DNA of 63,931 nucleotides, filler included, from Candidatus Nanoarchaeia archaeon (GCA_035290625.1; 7 parts of 7 records of this genome joined end to end with filler, not necessarily neighbours in it), one strand, 5' to 3'. Shown: positions 48,853 through 59,182, counted from the whole stretch's first letter. Made by a program: numbers and translations. Notes: generated from the sequence alone by a model not told the origin.

Positions 48853-49509
48853 CTATAAATGCTTTAGTATCTCCCGGACATCCTTCTTTTCAATGATGAT
48901 ATCAGCAACCTGGTTCAGCTTCTCAGACTGTGAATTGAACGCAATCCCCAATCCAGCAAGCTCTATCGCACCGAGATCGTTCTTTTCATCTCCGACAAAA
49001 ACACTCTGCCCCAGAGGTATTCCAAATCTCCTGCAAACCTCCTTGAGCTCTTCGGCCTTCCCTTCTTCATCGCTCGGGTGGCCAAGCCAATCAGCTCCGC
49101 TGATGTTTCCATCTTCATCAAAAAAAATATGATTGATATAGGTATGATCGAACACCTCCTTATAATCCGGAATCAGCAAATCAAGGACGAGGCTCAGGCT
49201 TCCTGACAGCAATACCAGCTTGTAGCCTCTCTTCTTCAATTCATGAAGCGTCTCTCTCGTCCCTTCCATGAGGCGAAGATGGGATATTGCCTTCAGGAAG
49301 TCCTCTTTCTTCACATTCCTCTCAGCCCACATCGCCATGTCATGGTCAGCCCATTCCTGATACGTGATTTCCCTGGCGTAATACTTTTCCATAGCCTTTC
49401 TTCTGCGTTCCTGATCAATATTCAGGAAGGTATGGATAGACTCCCAAACGCTCTTTGTCTCATCAACCAGGGTTCCATCAAGATCAAAGCAGACCAGCCT
49501 GTATTTCAT
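48853..49509 (-). CDS. HAD-family phosphatase (SerB-like)
   Basis: FDLDGTL, LSGS, K, VGDEKND. Confidence 0.9.
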   Translation of the reverse strand: MKYRLVCFDLDGTLVDETKSVWESIHTFLNIDQERRRKAMEKYYAREITYQEWADHDMAMWAERNVKKEDFLKAISHLRLMEGTRETLHELKKRGYKLVLLSGSLSLVLDLLIPDYKEVFDHTYINHIFFDEDGNISGADWLGHPSDEEGKAEELKEVCRRFGIPLGQSVFVGDEKNDLGAIELAGLGIAFNSQSEKLNQVADIIIEKKDVREILKHL

Positions 49510-49586
49510 GCCAGGAAGAAAAAAGCTGCATTATTAAGGCTTTCTCTCAAGCTGTCGAAATCCTTTAATATTCCTTAGCGTTCTCG

Positions 49587-49949
49587 GTGCTTATGGATGC
49601 CTTTATCATTGAGATCGAGAATTTTTCTTCCTCATTAGCGGAGAATCTTTACTGTAATGCCCTTGTTCTGACGCACAAAGGACGGTTGGAATCCCTTTTT
49701 CTTTATGATGCTGCTGCAGACCTCCTCGAAGAAGAGCGTATCAGAGAACCATGGGGTTCTGCCGGAAGAAGGCCGATTCTGAACCAGCTGCTGGTGTGCT
49801 ACCAGGTACTTTCTTTCGAGTCGATGATCGCTCCTCCCACCATCCTTCCATCACTCTGGAGCCCTTATTACTATTTTGATCGGATCCTTGATCTCGATCT
49901 GGAGTTGAGAAACAGCAAAGATTCCTCAGAGAAAGAAAGTGGAAGTTAA
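49587..49949 (+). CDS. Hypothetical protein
   Basis: 120-aa ORF filling an intergenic space; no motif recognised. Confidence 0.4.
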   Translation: MLMDAFIIEIENFSSSLAENLYCNALVLTHKGRLESLFLYDAAADLLEEERIREPWGSAGRRPILNQLLVCYQVLSFESMIAPPTILPSLWSPYYYFDRILDLDLELRNSKDSSEKESGS

Positions 49950-50103
49950 CCAAAAAGATTCCTCTGACAAAAGTTGATGCAAAAGAAGTATATTACGTCA
50001 GTTGACCAAGACCATGAAATCTTGTCTAACGTCAAAGAGCTTGAAAGATTCGACCTCCCAAAGACTTAAGGAATTACGAGATTAGCAGCACCAACTCGCT
50101 TTA

Positions 50104-51489
50104 TCAGGGACTGTATCTGAGTATCCCTTGAGTGTTATAAACACCGATAACTCTATTCTGCCTAGGATCAAATTGGAGTATGCCCACACTTGACTTAGAA
50201 GACACTGCCGCGTATGCTTGTTCAAGTGTAGGTTGAGGTGATCCTGGCTGATATCTCCTCAGAACATTCGACTGTCCACTGTTATAGCTTTCAACTGCAA
50301 CATTCAAGAAACTTCCTCCTGCCATCGTTCCGTCACCACGCAGGACTACCCATATATGCCCATCAGGGGACTCCCGTATGGCATCCTGCAAAGTGCGGGA
50401 TTCCTGAGACGTTACTTCTCCATTCCAGTCTCCCAAGACATCAGCAAGATCGAATCTAGTAATATCCTGATTCGTTTCAGATTGTCGCTGGACACGTTCA
50501 ATAAACTCCTTTAGACTCATTGTCCTTGTAACCTCCCACGTGCTAGGAACTTCAGAAAAATCTCCCACGGAAGTGAGTTCTTGAATGGTCTGCACTCCGT
50601 TGCTATTCACAAGCCTGAATGAGGGGGGGCAGCATTTATATCCTAATTGCCGAAATGTAAATCTCCCATCTTCAAAAAAAACAAACGAATCTCCTTCACC
50701 GCCGCGTGTCACAAGCGATCTTGTTATATGTCTGTCTCCCCAGGCGAAAGGAGCCAGCCAATCAGAATCTGTTATTCCTTCTGTTGGAACAGGAACTCTT
50801 CCGGTAACTTCTTCCAATCCTGTCGGCGTCTCAACCATTTCTATCTCGCCAACAACGCCTGTTCTAAATCCTCTGAATGCACTTATGTCAATGAGGATAC
50901 CTATTCCTGGTTTATTAGGGAGGTTCCATTTTTGAACAAGAAAATCTTCTTCTTGCCGTATCTCATTCACTATCCTGTTAAGTGTAGCTTCACTGTCCCC
51001 TAAATCAGTATAATACTGCCGCAATAAAGATTCCCAGAGTGGAATTGTTCCTTTTAATCCCCACGAAATAAAATATCTGGCGGCTGTCCTGCTGTTGCCT
51101 GTGTCTGTCCCGCTGGCACCTGCTCCATGTACCTCTTTTGTTGCTCTGAGAAGACCTAGTTCTACTCCTGCCCAATACTTCTCTCGATCATTGTTAAGGT
51201 ATGCGCTATCATCAGAAGTTACGCCCGGAACTATGGCAGCTCCATTCGCAGATGCAATCCATTGCAAATTCCATCCCTGCCGCATCAAATCAGCAATATT
51301 TTCAACCTCCTCTGAATCTTTGCTGATGCTTGTAGCACCTCCAGCCAGATCCTCGGTCTTTCTCTCAGAAACTTTTGAGACCACAGCAATGATCAAAAAT
51401 GCTGTAAGGATCCCAGCAATAATTAATAAGAAGCTCTGTCTATTATTCTTCTCTCGGTGATGAACGGGTTTTCCATTCTTCCTGACCAC
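50104..51489 (-). CDS. Membrane-anchored extracellular hypothetical protein
   Basis: GAGGTG SD, N-terminal TM, long ORF. Confidence 0.75.
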   Translation of the reverse strand: MVRKNGKPVHHREKNNRQSFLLIIAGILTAFLIIAVVSKVSERKTEDLAGGATSISKDSEEVENIADLMRQGWNLQWIASANGAAIVPGVTSDDSAYLNNDREKYWAGVELGLLRATKEVHGAGASGTDTGNSRTAARYFISWGLKGTIPLWESLLRQYYTDLGDSEATLNRIVNEIRQEEDFLVQKWNLPNKPGIGILIDISAFRGFRTGVVGEIEMVETPTGLEEVTGRVPVPTEGITDSDWLAPFAWGDRHITRSLVTRGGEGDSFVFFEDGRFTFRQLGYKCCPPSFRLVNSNGVQTIQELTSVGDFSEVPSTWEVTRTMSLKEFIERVQRQSETNQDITRFDLADVLGDWNGEVTSQESRTLQDAIRESPDGHIWVVLRGDGTMAGGSFLNVAVESYNSGQSNVLRRYQPGSPQPTLEQAYAAVSSKSSVGILQFDPRQNRVIGVYNTQGILRYSP

Positions 51490-51563
51490 ACAAACACCTC
51501 TTTCTGAAACTACGGTATATTCTTGCTTAAGAACTATATAAACCCTTCGAAAAAAATAATGTA

Positions 51564-51703
51564 TGTGCTATCCTGAAAGTATTTCCCTTCGATAGCTTAA
51601 TTCGTTTCATGTTTATTAAGCCTCCTTTTTCATCTTCCTGACAAATGCCTGCTCTGGAGTTTCCAGAATCTCGAAGCGTAAGCTTCGATGCGGTCTTACC
51701 TCG
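51564..51703 (-). mobile_element. IS481-like right end, copy 2 (inverted)
   Basis: Reverse complement of 42839-42978. Confidence 0.8.
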
Positions 51704-51804
51704 NNNNNNNNNNNNNNNNNNNNNNNNNNNNNNNNNNNNNNNNNNNNTTAATTAATTAANNNNNNNNNNNNNNNNNNNNNNNNNNNNNNNNNNNNNNNNN
51801 NNNC

Positions 51805-52632
51805 GTCTTCTACATCTTTTTTATCCAGGGAGAGGTTACTGACATCAGGTCAGCAGGGCAGGCAACTGAGAGGATTACCGGAACCTTTGAGCTGACTCCG
51901 ATCAAATCGTATGTTTCCAATTGTCTGCAGAATACTGCTGAGGCGACTCTCCGCGATGTTGCAAAGCATGGAGGGTATTTGAGTGAAGAGGACTTTTCTT
52001 TAACTTTTAATAGCACCGAGCAACTCAATACAAAGAATTATCTTTCCAATACTGAGTATGCAAGCAAATTTAGTTCAGTTTTCAACATCGCCATTGCCAG
52101 AATTAAAGATAAACTTGAAACAGATATTGAAAGAGATATCCAAACATGCCTTGACTTCAGGAGTTTTGAATCTTCAAACATTATCATTACAAAAAAAGGA
52201 AATCCCAGGGTTACAGTCCTCGTTGATGATTCCTTACCGGGCTGGGGTGATAAATCTGTTGTTGTGAAGCTTGACATGCCGTTGTCAATTAAGAGAGATG
52301 GCTTCGAAGGCAGGCTGGAAACATTTCAGACAACATTGCCTGTGAGGGTTGTGGGGATGCTGAGATCTGCGCTGGGGATTGTTGAGGGAATTAAGAATAA
52401 TCAGGATGCGATTGCTGCAAATCCATCTAGCCCAGTCGCTTACGATATCTCAGCTGATTGTCCTCCCTCCGCTGCTGATGTAAATATTGAATTTTTATCT
52501 AACCAAGTAGAAAATCCACGAGACGGAGTAATCAGAATATCCGACTACTCAACAAGGGATACTTTTTTAAAGAAAACATTCCAGTATGAGTTTGGTTTAA
52601 CTAATGTTTATGTAACGGGAGAATGTAAATAA
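51805..52632 (+). CDS. 5'-truncated pilin-associated/surface protein
   Basis: Frame open from the contig start; TM end then IKSYVSNCL..KHGGY. Confidence 0.6.
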   Translation, partial: VFYIFFIQGEVTDIRSAGQATERITGTFELTPIKSYVSNCLQNTAEATLRDVAKHGGYLSEEDFSLTFNSTEQLNTKNYLSNTEYASKFSSVFNIAIARIKDKLETDIERDIQTCLDFRSFESSNIIITKKGNPRVTVLVDDSLPGWGDKSVVVKLDMPLSIKRDGFEGRLETFQTTLPVRVVGMLRSALGIVEGIKNNQDAIAANPSSPVAYDISADCPPSAADVNIEFLSNQVENPRDGVIRISDYSTRDTFLKKTFQYEFGLTNVYVTGECK

Positions 52633-52654
52633 ATCTCCACCTAAACCCATTATC

Positions 52655-54280
52655 ATGCGCCGAATAATCAGCACACAGTTTGCGAGGTCAATACACCTTG
52701 TTTTCATACTTATCTTAGGATTGATTGTGTTGCCTTTAGGACTTGCTGTTCCCGACGAAGACAGCGACGGAGTTCCTGATGCCGCGGATCAATGTCTCGG
52801 ATCTCTTACAAGTATTGTTGATCTTACAGGCTGCTCTTGTGATCAAAAGCTGGTGGAGGATTGCTCAGGCCCTTGGTGCTGTGTTCCTGACCTCGATAGC
52901 TGCACTTCTGGCTGCGCAGAAAGCGATTTCCTTGCAGCATGCAATGTCTTTGATGCTTCTGCCTGCCCCGATGAGCAAGGTCAGCTGCAGCCATGCAACC
53001 CAGGCTACCGCTGCATAACCTCTGAGCTCTGCCTCGGGACATATGAAGATGACTGCAGTTGCACAGACACAGCAGGCGATGGATGCCCTCAAGACGACAC
53101 CCAACCAATTCAGATTCAAAGTGACCCGCTTCAATCAACCTCTCAAATCCCCTCTTCATCTGCTCAAGGCGACACCCAACTTCAAATTGATGAACCCCTC
53201 CCCCCTCCTGATGCCACTTTGATGACTGATCAGCCCATTGCAGTTGAAGGAGATGCTGATATCTCTGATTTGTTGCCAGCACAACCTACTGATTTTGATA
53301 ATGATGGCATTCCGGACAACGAAGATGAAGATGCTGACAACGATGGCTACACCAACACTGAAGAGCAGGACGCAGGAACGGGCATTTTTGATTCCCTCTC
53401 GCATCCCTCGTATACCGCCGTTGATACTGATTCAGACGGCATTCCGGACTCATTGGACCTCGATGATGACAATGACTCAATTCCTGATGCTGATGACACC
53501 TATCCCAAGGATGCTGAGCGCTCCCAGCTAGAGTTCCAAAGCCCTGCGTCTGAAATGCGCGGTTTGCAATTCTTTAACCTGTGGTGGCTTCTGCTCTTCC
53601 TGATTCTTGCGATGCTGGCAACCCGGCACAGGGATGTGGAGCATTTTCTGAAGGGAGACCCCCCTTATCCCTACCTCAATGAAGCCCTGGAATTTGTGGA
53701 AAAGAAATTCCATGAGAATTATTCAGTGGAGCACATCAAGGCGTCTCTTGTTGATCATGGTTGGTCTTCCAAAGAGGTTGCAGGCATACTCGGGCGCTTT
53801 CAGATCTACCTGGACATCCGTGAGCAAAAACAGCTTGGCTTCTCTGACCCTCTTGTTCTTCGCGAACTTAAAAAGAAAGGATTTCCCCTGCATGAAATCA
53901 AGGACACGCTGCATTACTATCAGGCTTCATCGCTTCGGAGCTTTGATCAGCCGCAGCATGCCGCACTGCTTGCGCGTCTTTCACGGAAGCACGCTGTCCA
54001 TGTTCCAAATGCCAAGCCTCATCTGCTCGAACGGTTTGTCAATGAGGCGATTCGAAAGGGCCATAGCCAGGATCAGATAACCCGTCATCTCCTGCATCTT
54101 GGCTGGAGCAAGCACCATGTGGACAATGCCCTCCAGCAGACAACGCTTAACAGCGCAGTGCACTATTCGCTGAAATCCGGGGTTTCTCGGCACGAGATCA
54201 AGAAATCATTAGCGTCGCATGGGTGGAAAGAGCACCAGATTAATGTCGCACTACGAGAAACAGGGTCATTCTTTTCGTGA
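52655..54280 (+). CDS. Membrane protein with Cys-rich and thrombospondin type-3-like Ca-binding repeats and four cytoplasmic helical repeats
   Basis: DxDxDGIPD repeats; single TM; L..(H/K/L)G(W/F)....(V/I)...L x4. Confidence 0.8.
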   Translation: MRRIISTQFARSIHLVFILILGLIVLPLGLAVPDEDSDGVPDAADQCLGSLTSIVDLTGCSCDQKLVEDCSGPWCCVPDLDSCTSGCAESDFLAACNVFDASACPDEQGQLQPCNPGYRCITSELCLGTYEDDCSCTDTAGDGCPQDDTQPIQIQSDPLQSTSQIPSSSAQGDTQLQIDEPLPPPDATLMTDQPIAVEGDADISDLLPAQPTDFDNDGIPDNEDEDADNDGYTNTEEQDAGTGIFDSLSHPSYTAVDTDSDGIPDSLDLDDDNDSIPDADDTYPKDAERSQLEFQSPASEMRGLQFFNLWWLLLFLILAMLATRHRDVEHFLKGDPPYPYLNEALEFVEKKFHENYSVEHIKASLVDHGWSSKEVAGILGRFQIYLDIREQKQLGFSDPLVLRELKKKGFPLHEIKDTLHYYQASSLRSFDQPQHAALLARLSRKHAVHVPNAKPHLLERFVNEAIRKGHSQDQITRHLLHLGWSKHHVDNALQQTTLNSAVHYSLKSGVSRHEIKKSLASHGWKEHQINVALRETGSFFS

Positions 54281-54727
54281 CGGCCTTCCCCTTTTACGCT
54301 TCACTTTCCTAGATCCGCTGGTTTTTGATTCTTCCTTTTGCTCGTATTCCTCAATCCGCGGAATCTCCTGAATGCCTTCAGTCATCTGCGAAATCAACAA
54401 CGAGAACAGGAGGCCCAAGCAGCCTGTGATTACTGTAATTCCTGTCACCAGGATTCCTTTCGGGGAATTCATGTAGAGGTAGAGGATATTGATGACAATG
54501 ACCGCGTATGTGAGACCAGCCAACTTGGGAGCCCAGCTGCTCTTGGCATAGGTCCCTGCCAGGATGACAAGCGCAACGACAAGAAGAACTAATGCCAGAG
54601 AGAGTTCAATCACAAAATGCCTTTCGGTTCTAAACACCATCACGATATTTCCAATAAGAACCACCAGAAGTAAGAATGCCTGAACAGTATACCTTCCCAC
54701 ACCCATGGCTTTTGGGCAGTGATGCAC
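54266..54727 (-). CDS. Four-TM membrane protein with a basic tail
   Basis: Hydrophobic segments; tail KRKRGRPS. Confidence 0.65.
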   Translation of the reverse strand: MHHCPKAMGVGRYTVQAFLLLVVLIGNIVMVFRTERHFVIELSLALVLLVVALVILAGTYAKSSWAPKLAGLTYAVIVINILYLYMNSPKGILVTGITVITGCLGLLFSLLISQMTEGIQEIPRIEEYEQKEESKTSGSRKVKRKRGRPSRKE

Positions 54728-54772
54728 TTATATAAACATTTCTATTCTGGAGTAGTACTATCATGCCTTCTA

Positions 54773-55117
54773 TTAGAACTCGTCGGTTACTTCCAGCTTG
54801 GAAAGATACCCTTTCTTCCGGATGTATTGTGCCTGTGTCTTTGAATATTTGAATATGAGGTCTCCTTTCTTATCTCCAGTGAACTCCCATGGCTCCACGA
54901 TTACAATATCCCCTTCTCTCACCCAGAGATGCCGCTTAAGCCTGCCCGGAATTCTGCAGACCCGCGTTTTTCCATCAAGACAACGAACTCTGGTCCTTGA
55001 GCCGCCAAGGCGCTGCTCCAGAACTCCAAACGTCTCCCTGCCCCTTGGAAGCCGGATGCGAGAAATCTCCATCTGCATCTGTTCCTGCCGCTCCTGCTCT
55101 TCCTTTTTTTTGCTCAT
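54773..55117 (-). CDS. eif1a: Translation initiation factor aIF-1A
   Basis: [28 protein letters not shown]. Confidence 0.96.
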   Translation of the reverse strand: MSKKKEEQERQEQMQMEISRIRLPRGRETFGVLEQRLGGSRTRVRCLDGKTRVCRIPGRLKRHLWVREGDIVIVEPWEFTGDKKGDLIFKYSKTQAQYIRKKGYLSKLEVTDEF

Positions 55118-55184
55118 CTGTCCTCTGTTAATCGGGGTTGGTTATTTAAGTGTTTGTTTTTTTGTTCTCACTTCTCCGTCAACA

Positions 55185-55350
55185 GGCTTCGGTGAAAATC
55201 TTGCTTCGCAGCTGCCGCCGAGTTCGCAATGACTGAAAAATCCTTCTACAAATCGACATTCGCCCCGTAAGGGGCATCCCCCCGAGGTCGATGTTATTGT
55301 TCTTGCCCCGCTGCTCACAAAGGGCGGCAGCAATGATTTTCACCGAAGCC
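55185..55350. mobile_element. Nested-hairpin MITE-like element, copy L
   Basis: TIR GGCTTCGGTGAAAATC/GATTTTCACCGAAGCC; TSD CCGTCAACA/CCGTCAACC; closest to copy B. Confidence 0.88.
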
Positions 55351-55395
55351 CCGTCAACCAGAAGCTTTTTAAACAAGCCATCCTCGTGCTTTTCT

Positions 55396-56115
55396 ATGAA
55401 CAAGGTGCTTGTCGCTGTGCTGATTGCCGGTGGAGTTCTGCTGGTGTTTGCTTTCTTGGCTGCAGGCATCCTCACCTTGATTGCAGGCGGTTCCTCATTG
55501 GGAGGAGGGAATGTTGCATTGATTACGATCAGCGGAACTATTGTCACTGAAGACTCCTTTGACATCTTTCCGAGCGAAATGGCTGTATCTGAGGAAATAG
55601 TTGAATTCATTGACAAGGCGGAAAAGGATCCCTTAATCCGCGCAATCCTTTTTGAGATTAACTCTCCGGGAGGTTCAGCAGTTGCATCTCAGGAGATAGG
55701 GAATGCTATTAAGAAATCAAAGAAGCTTACTGTTGCAGTCATTCGTGACGTTGGAGCTTCAGGAGGCTACTGGGTCGCATCTGCAACAGACCATATCATT
55801 GCCAATCCAATGTCTATTACAGGCTCTATTGGAGTGATTTCCTCTTATCTTGACTTTTCTGGATTTTTGACAGAGCATAATGTGACCTACCAGCGGCTTG
55901 TTTCAGGACCCTATAAGGATATCGGAAGCCCGCTGAGAAAGCTGAGCCCTGAGGAGGTTCGTCTCCTGCAGAGAAAGCTTGATATGATCCATGGCTATTT
56001 CGTGGATGAGGTTGCGAAGAACAGGAATCTTCCAAAAGACTCTGTTGAAACGCTTGCAACTGGAATATTCTATCTGGGTTCTGAGGCTAAGGAACTTGGC
56101 TTGGTTGATGAATTG
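55396..56115 (+). CDS. sppA: Signal peptide peptidase SppA, 3' truncated
   Basis: INSPGGS, ASGGYWVA, TGSIGV, GPYKD. Confidence 0.92.
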
Positions 56116-56215
56116 NNNNNNNNNNNNNNNNNNNNNNNNNNNNNNNNNNNNNNNNNNNNTTAATTAATTAANNNNNNNNNNNNNNNNNNNNNNNNNNNNN
56201 NNNNNNNNNNNNNNN

Positions 56216-56437
56216 TTATTAAATTATAATACAATAATCTCAAACGAAACAACAAGAACAGAAAGCTATATCTGCTCCATAACCCCAAACGACGGAGAAG
56301 AAGATGGAACAACCTTAAATTCAACGTCATTAATAATAAGAAATCAGCCGCCAACCGTTTTCAGTTTATTAAATCCAATCAATGCCCCTATCTTGGGTAC
56401 TTTGCCAGAACTCAACTGGACTTTCTGTGGCGTATAA
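56216..56437 (+). pseudogene. Fragment of a surface-protein gene ending abruptly at the Fic-flanking repeat
   Basis: YICSITPNDGEEDG (as in CKVTPSDG of 31330-32592)..LPELNWT then FCGV* encoded by the repeat. Confidence 0.55.
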
Positions 56438-56468
56438 CCAAAACACTTAAATATGTGTGGCGTATAAC
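56426..56468 (+). promoter_or_regulatory. Pair of TGTGGCGTATAAC direct repeats around a TATA box; second pair at 57394-57436
   Basis: Four exact 13-mers; each pair 30 bp apart. Confidence 0.75.
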
Positions 56469-56476
56469 TCTGCTGC

Positions 56477-57388
56477 ATGGTGTTCGAAAGGAAAATTAGG
56501 GTAAAAGGCAGAACCTATTGGATATTGGAGCACACCCTGCGAAAAGGGAAAAAATATACGAAAAAGTCAAAGTATATAGGCAAATCCCTACCCTCAAGAC
56601 AGAAGCTGGACAAGTTAAAAAAGGATTTTCTTCGGGAGATGCAGAGGCCAGGATGCAAATACCTTTCCGGAGAAGACATCAAAAATATAGAGGAAAAAAA
56701 GGCAGAATATAGGAATGAAATCAGAAAATTAAGCCAGTTAGAGAAAGAAAAACGCTTAAAGGAATTCATCATCAGGTTTACATATGACAGCACCAAACTG
56801 TCGGGCGTTAGAATAACCTTAAGGCAGACTTCCTTGATTCTGAAAGAGGGTATTATTCCGAAAAACATCAAAAGCCTGAGGACAGTAAAGGAACTGGAAA
56901 ACCATGAAAAAGGAATCCTTGCAATAACGAATTACAGAGGAAGCCTGAATCTGAAATTCATTAAAATGCTCCATAAGATCTTATTTGCAGGAATTGACGA
57001 TACAATCGCAGGAAAATTAAGGAGTGAACTGAAAAGGGATGTAAAGGTAGCCGGCACTTCTTATGTTCCTCCGAAATGGCATGAAATCAGGAAGGAAATG
57101 GATAATTTCATTAAATGGCATAAAGCTGAGAAAAAAACACTCCATCCGTTGGAATTAGCTTCACTGGTCCATGCAAAGCTCATCTCCATGCAGCCTTTTG
57201 TGGACGGCAACAGCAGATTATCCCGGCTGCTTATGAACTGGATACTATGGAAGAGAAACTATCCGCTTGTGGACATCCCGATAGAAGACCTGGAGAAGTA
57301 TTACGATGTTTTGGACAAGTATCAGATCGAGAGGGATGAAATGCCGTTTATTGGGTACATAAAGAGGAAATATCTTGGCACCAATTGA
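56477..57388 (+). CDS. Fic-domain protein with a degenerate catalytic motif
   Basis: QPFVDGNSRLSR versus canonical HPFxDGNGRxxR; FTYDSTKLSG. Confidence 0.88.
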   Translation: MVFERKIRVKGRTYWILEHTLRKGKKYTKKSKYIGKSLPSRQKLDKLKKDFLREMQRPGCKYLSGEDIKNIEEKKAEYRNEIRKLSQLEKEKRLKEFIIRFTYDSTKLSGVRITLRQTSLILKEGIIPKNIKSLRTVKELENHEKGILAITNYRGSLNLKFIKMLHKILFAGIDDTIAGKLRSELKRDVKVAGTSYVPPKWHEIRKEMDNFIKWHKAEKKTLHPLELASLVHAKLISMQPFVDGNSRLSRLLMNWILWKRNYPLVDIPIEDLEKYYDVLDKYQIERDEMPFIGYIKRKYLGTN

Positions 57389-57510
57389 GCCGTTGTGGCG
57401 TATAACCGCAAGTAAAAAATATATGTGGCGTATAACAAAAATTAATGCATCAAATAATTGTCCTTGCTCAAAAAAGCCGCCCGCATTCCCAAACCTTTTA
57501 ATACCTCTGT

Positions 57511-58608
57511 GTGAACTACGGCTTCATGAAAAAAGGAATATCAGGTCTTGAGCTCTACCTCCTCAGGCAGGAGCTCCAGGTACTCGAAGCAGCCCGCCTT
57601 GATAAGATCATCATGCCGGGTTATGACGAACTCGTCCTCATCTTCTTCAAAAAAGGCAAGCATTTCCTGCGGATACATCCCCCAAGCTTTATCTGCATCT
57701 CGGAGAGCAGGCGAAAAGGCATGGAATCGCCTGTGCCTTTTGTAAACACGCTGCGAAAGCATCTTGACCACGCAAGGCTCACAAAGATCATCCAGGATCA
57801 TTTTGAGCGAATCCTTGAATTCCAGTTCTCAAAGCAAGGCGAGTCCTTTTTCCTTTACATTGAGCTCTTCAGCAAGGGCAACATCATCCTCTGTGATTCC
57901 AACAAGGTCATCCTCGCCATTATGAAATCCCAGGCATGGAAGGACAGGCTGCTGAAGCCGAGGGAGACGTACAAGGCGCCGCCGCCGACAGGCAGCCTCC
58001 AGGATTTTACTGTTTCTTCCCTCAACGCAGCGCTCAAGGATATGAGCCTTGGAAAATTCCTTGCAGTCAAGCTGGGCTTTGGAAACCTCTATTCAGATGA
58101 GCTATGTCTGATGGCCAGGTTAGAAAAAGATGCGCAGAAGATAACTTCAGCTCAATACTCCTGCATACAAGAAGCCGTGAACACCCTCACCTCAAGGCCT
58201 GTTGCAGCAAAGCTCGTCCTTCCGGAGCAGGAAATCATACCTTACGATTTACTAACCTTCAAAGAATCAGAGAAAACCGCCTTTGCCTCATTTTCAGATG
58301 CCATAGACAGGAATTGGCAGCCTGAAGCTGTAAAAGATACGCACAAGGAAAAGCTCCAGCGCATCCAGGAAAACCAGAGAGAAAGCATCCAAAGGCTTCA
58401 ACAGGAAGAAACAGACAGCATGCGTGCCGCTGAACTCCTCTACGAAAACTATGCAGAGATCTCTTCCCTGCTTTCAGATATTGCAAAAGCAGCGAAGGAT
58501 AAGAACGTGGCTCTCCTCAGGAAGAAACTCAAGAAATGCATCATTGATGAAAAAAACCGCGCAGTCACCGTCGATATTTCCACTGTTCAATCTTCCGCGA
58601 AAGAATGA
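57511..58608 (+). CDS. NFACT/Rqc2 family protein, N-terminal domains only
   Basis: LRKHL..ERILEF..ELFSKGNIIL..GFGNLYSDEL; no NFACT-R domain. Confidence 0.82.
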   Translation: MNYGFMKKGISGLELYLLRQELQVLEAARLDKIIMPGYDELVLIFFKKGKHFLRIHPPSFICISESRRKGMESPVPFVNTLRKHLDHARLTKIIQDHFERILEFQFSKQGESFFLYIELFSKGNIILCDSNKVILAIMKSQAWKDRLLKPRETYKAPPPTGSLQDFTVSSLNAALKDMSLGKFLAVKLGFGNLYSDELCLMARLEKDAQKITSAQYSCIQEAVNTLTSRPVAAKLVLPEQEIIPYDLLTFKESEKTAFASFSDAIDRNWQPEAVKDTHKEKLQRIQENQRESIQRLQQEETDSMRAAELLYENYAEISSLLSDIAKAAKDKNVALLRKKLKKCIIDEKNRAVTVDISTVQSSAKE

Positions 58609-59182
58609 CTAAGGGATCAGCTTTCCTCAGCCTGCGAGCCATTGCAGGAGTAAGAATTCTGTGATGCCTGCACTCGACAAGGTACTCAGGGATATACCAA
58701 ACATCCTCCTCGGCAGTCATCCATCCCTGCCTATCAAACCGGGAAAGATTAACAGGCCTGGAAAAGGATCTGAGGTTTAATGTTCCTTCATCATTCGTGT
58801 ACTCCGGAAAGTAGGACATGACAAGCTCCCGGATGCTTCTATACACAGGGTCGCGATACCTCAGAATAGCATGGTTTGTCTTGCTGATCGCCCCCCAACA
58901 GCCATGCTGCTTAAACACAGCGATCACATGATCATCGTCATGGGAATCTGCCTCCAAATCGACAATCAGAGGAGCGTACCCATTCATCCTCAATGCAGCA
59001 GCAGCAAGCAAGGCGCCTTCAATGCACTGGCATCTCCATTCCCTCAACACCCTCCTTGGAGAAAAGCAGGTGTCTCCGTTCTTCTCAAAATTAATCGGAA
59101 TCGTCTCAAGAAAGTCCTGGATCTTTTTGGGAGTCTTTAATGATCTGAAGATTCCGAGCTCTTTTTCAGTAAAGCCGAACAT
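58565..59182 (-). CDS. Conserved hypothetical protein, possibly transglutaminase-like
   Basis: CIEGALLAAAAL, DHVIAVF, WGAISKTN, YRDPVYR. Confidence 0.75.
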   Translation of the reverse strand: MFGFTEKELGIFRSLKTPKKIQDFLETIPINFEKNGDTCFSPRRVLREWRCQCIEGALLAAAALRMNGYAPLIVDLEADSHDDDHVIAVFKQHGCWGAISKTNHAILRYRDPVYRSIRELVMSYFPEYTNDEGTLNLRSFSRPVNLSRFDRQGWMTAEEDVWYIPEYLVECRHHRILTPAMARRLRKADPLVILSRKIEQWKYRR

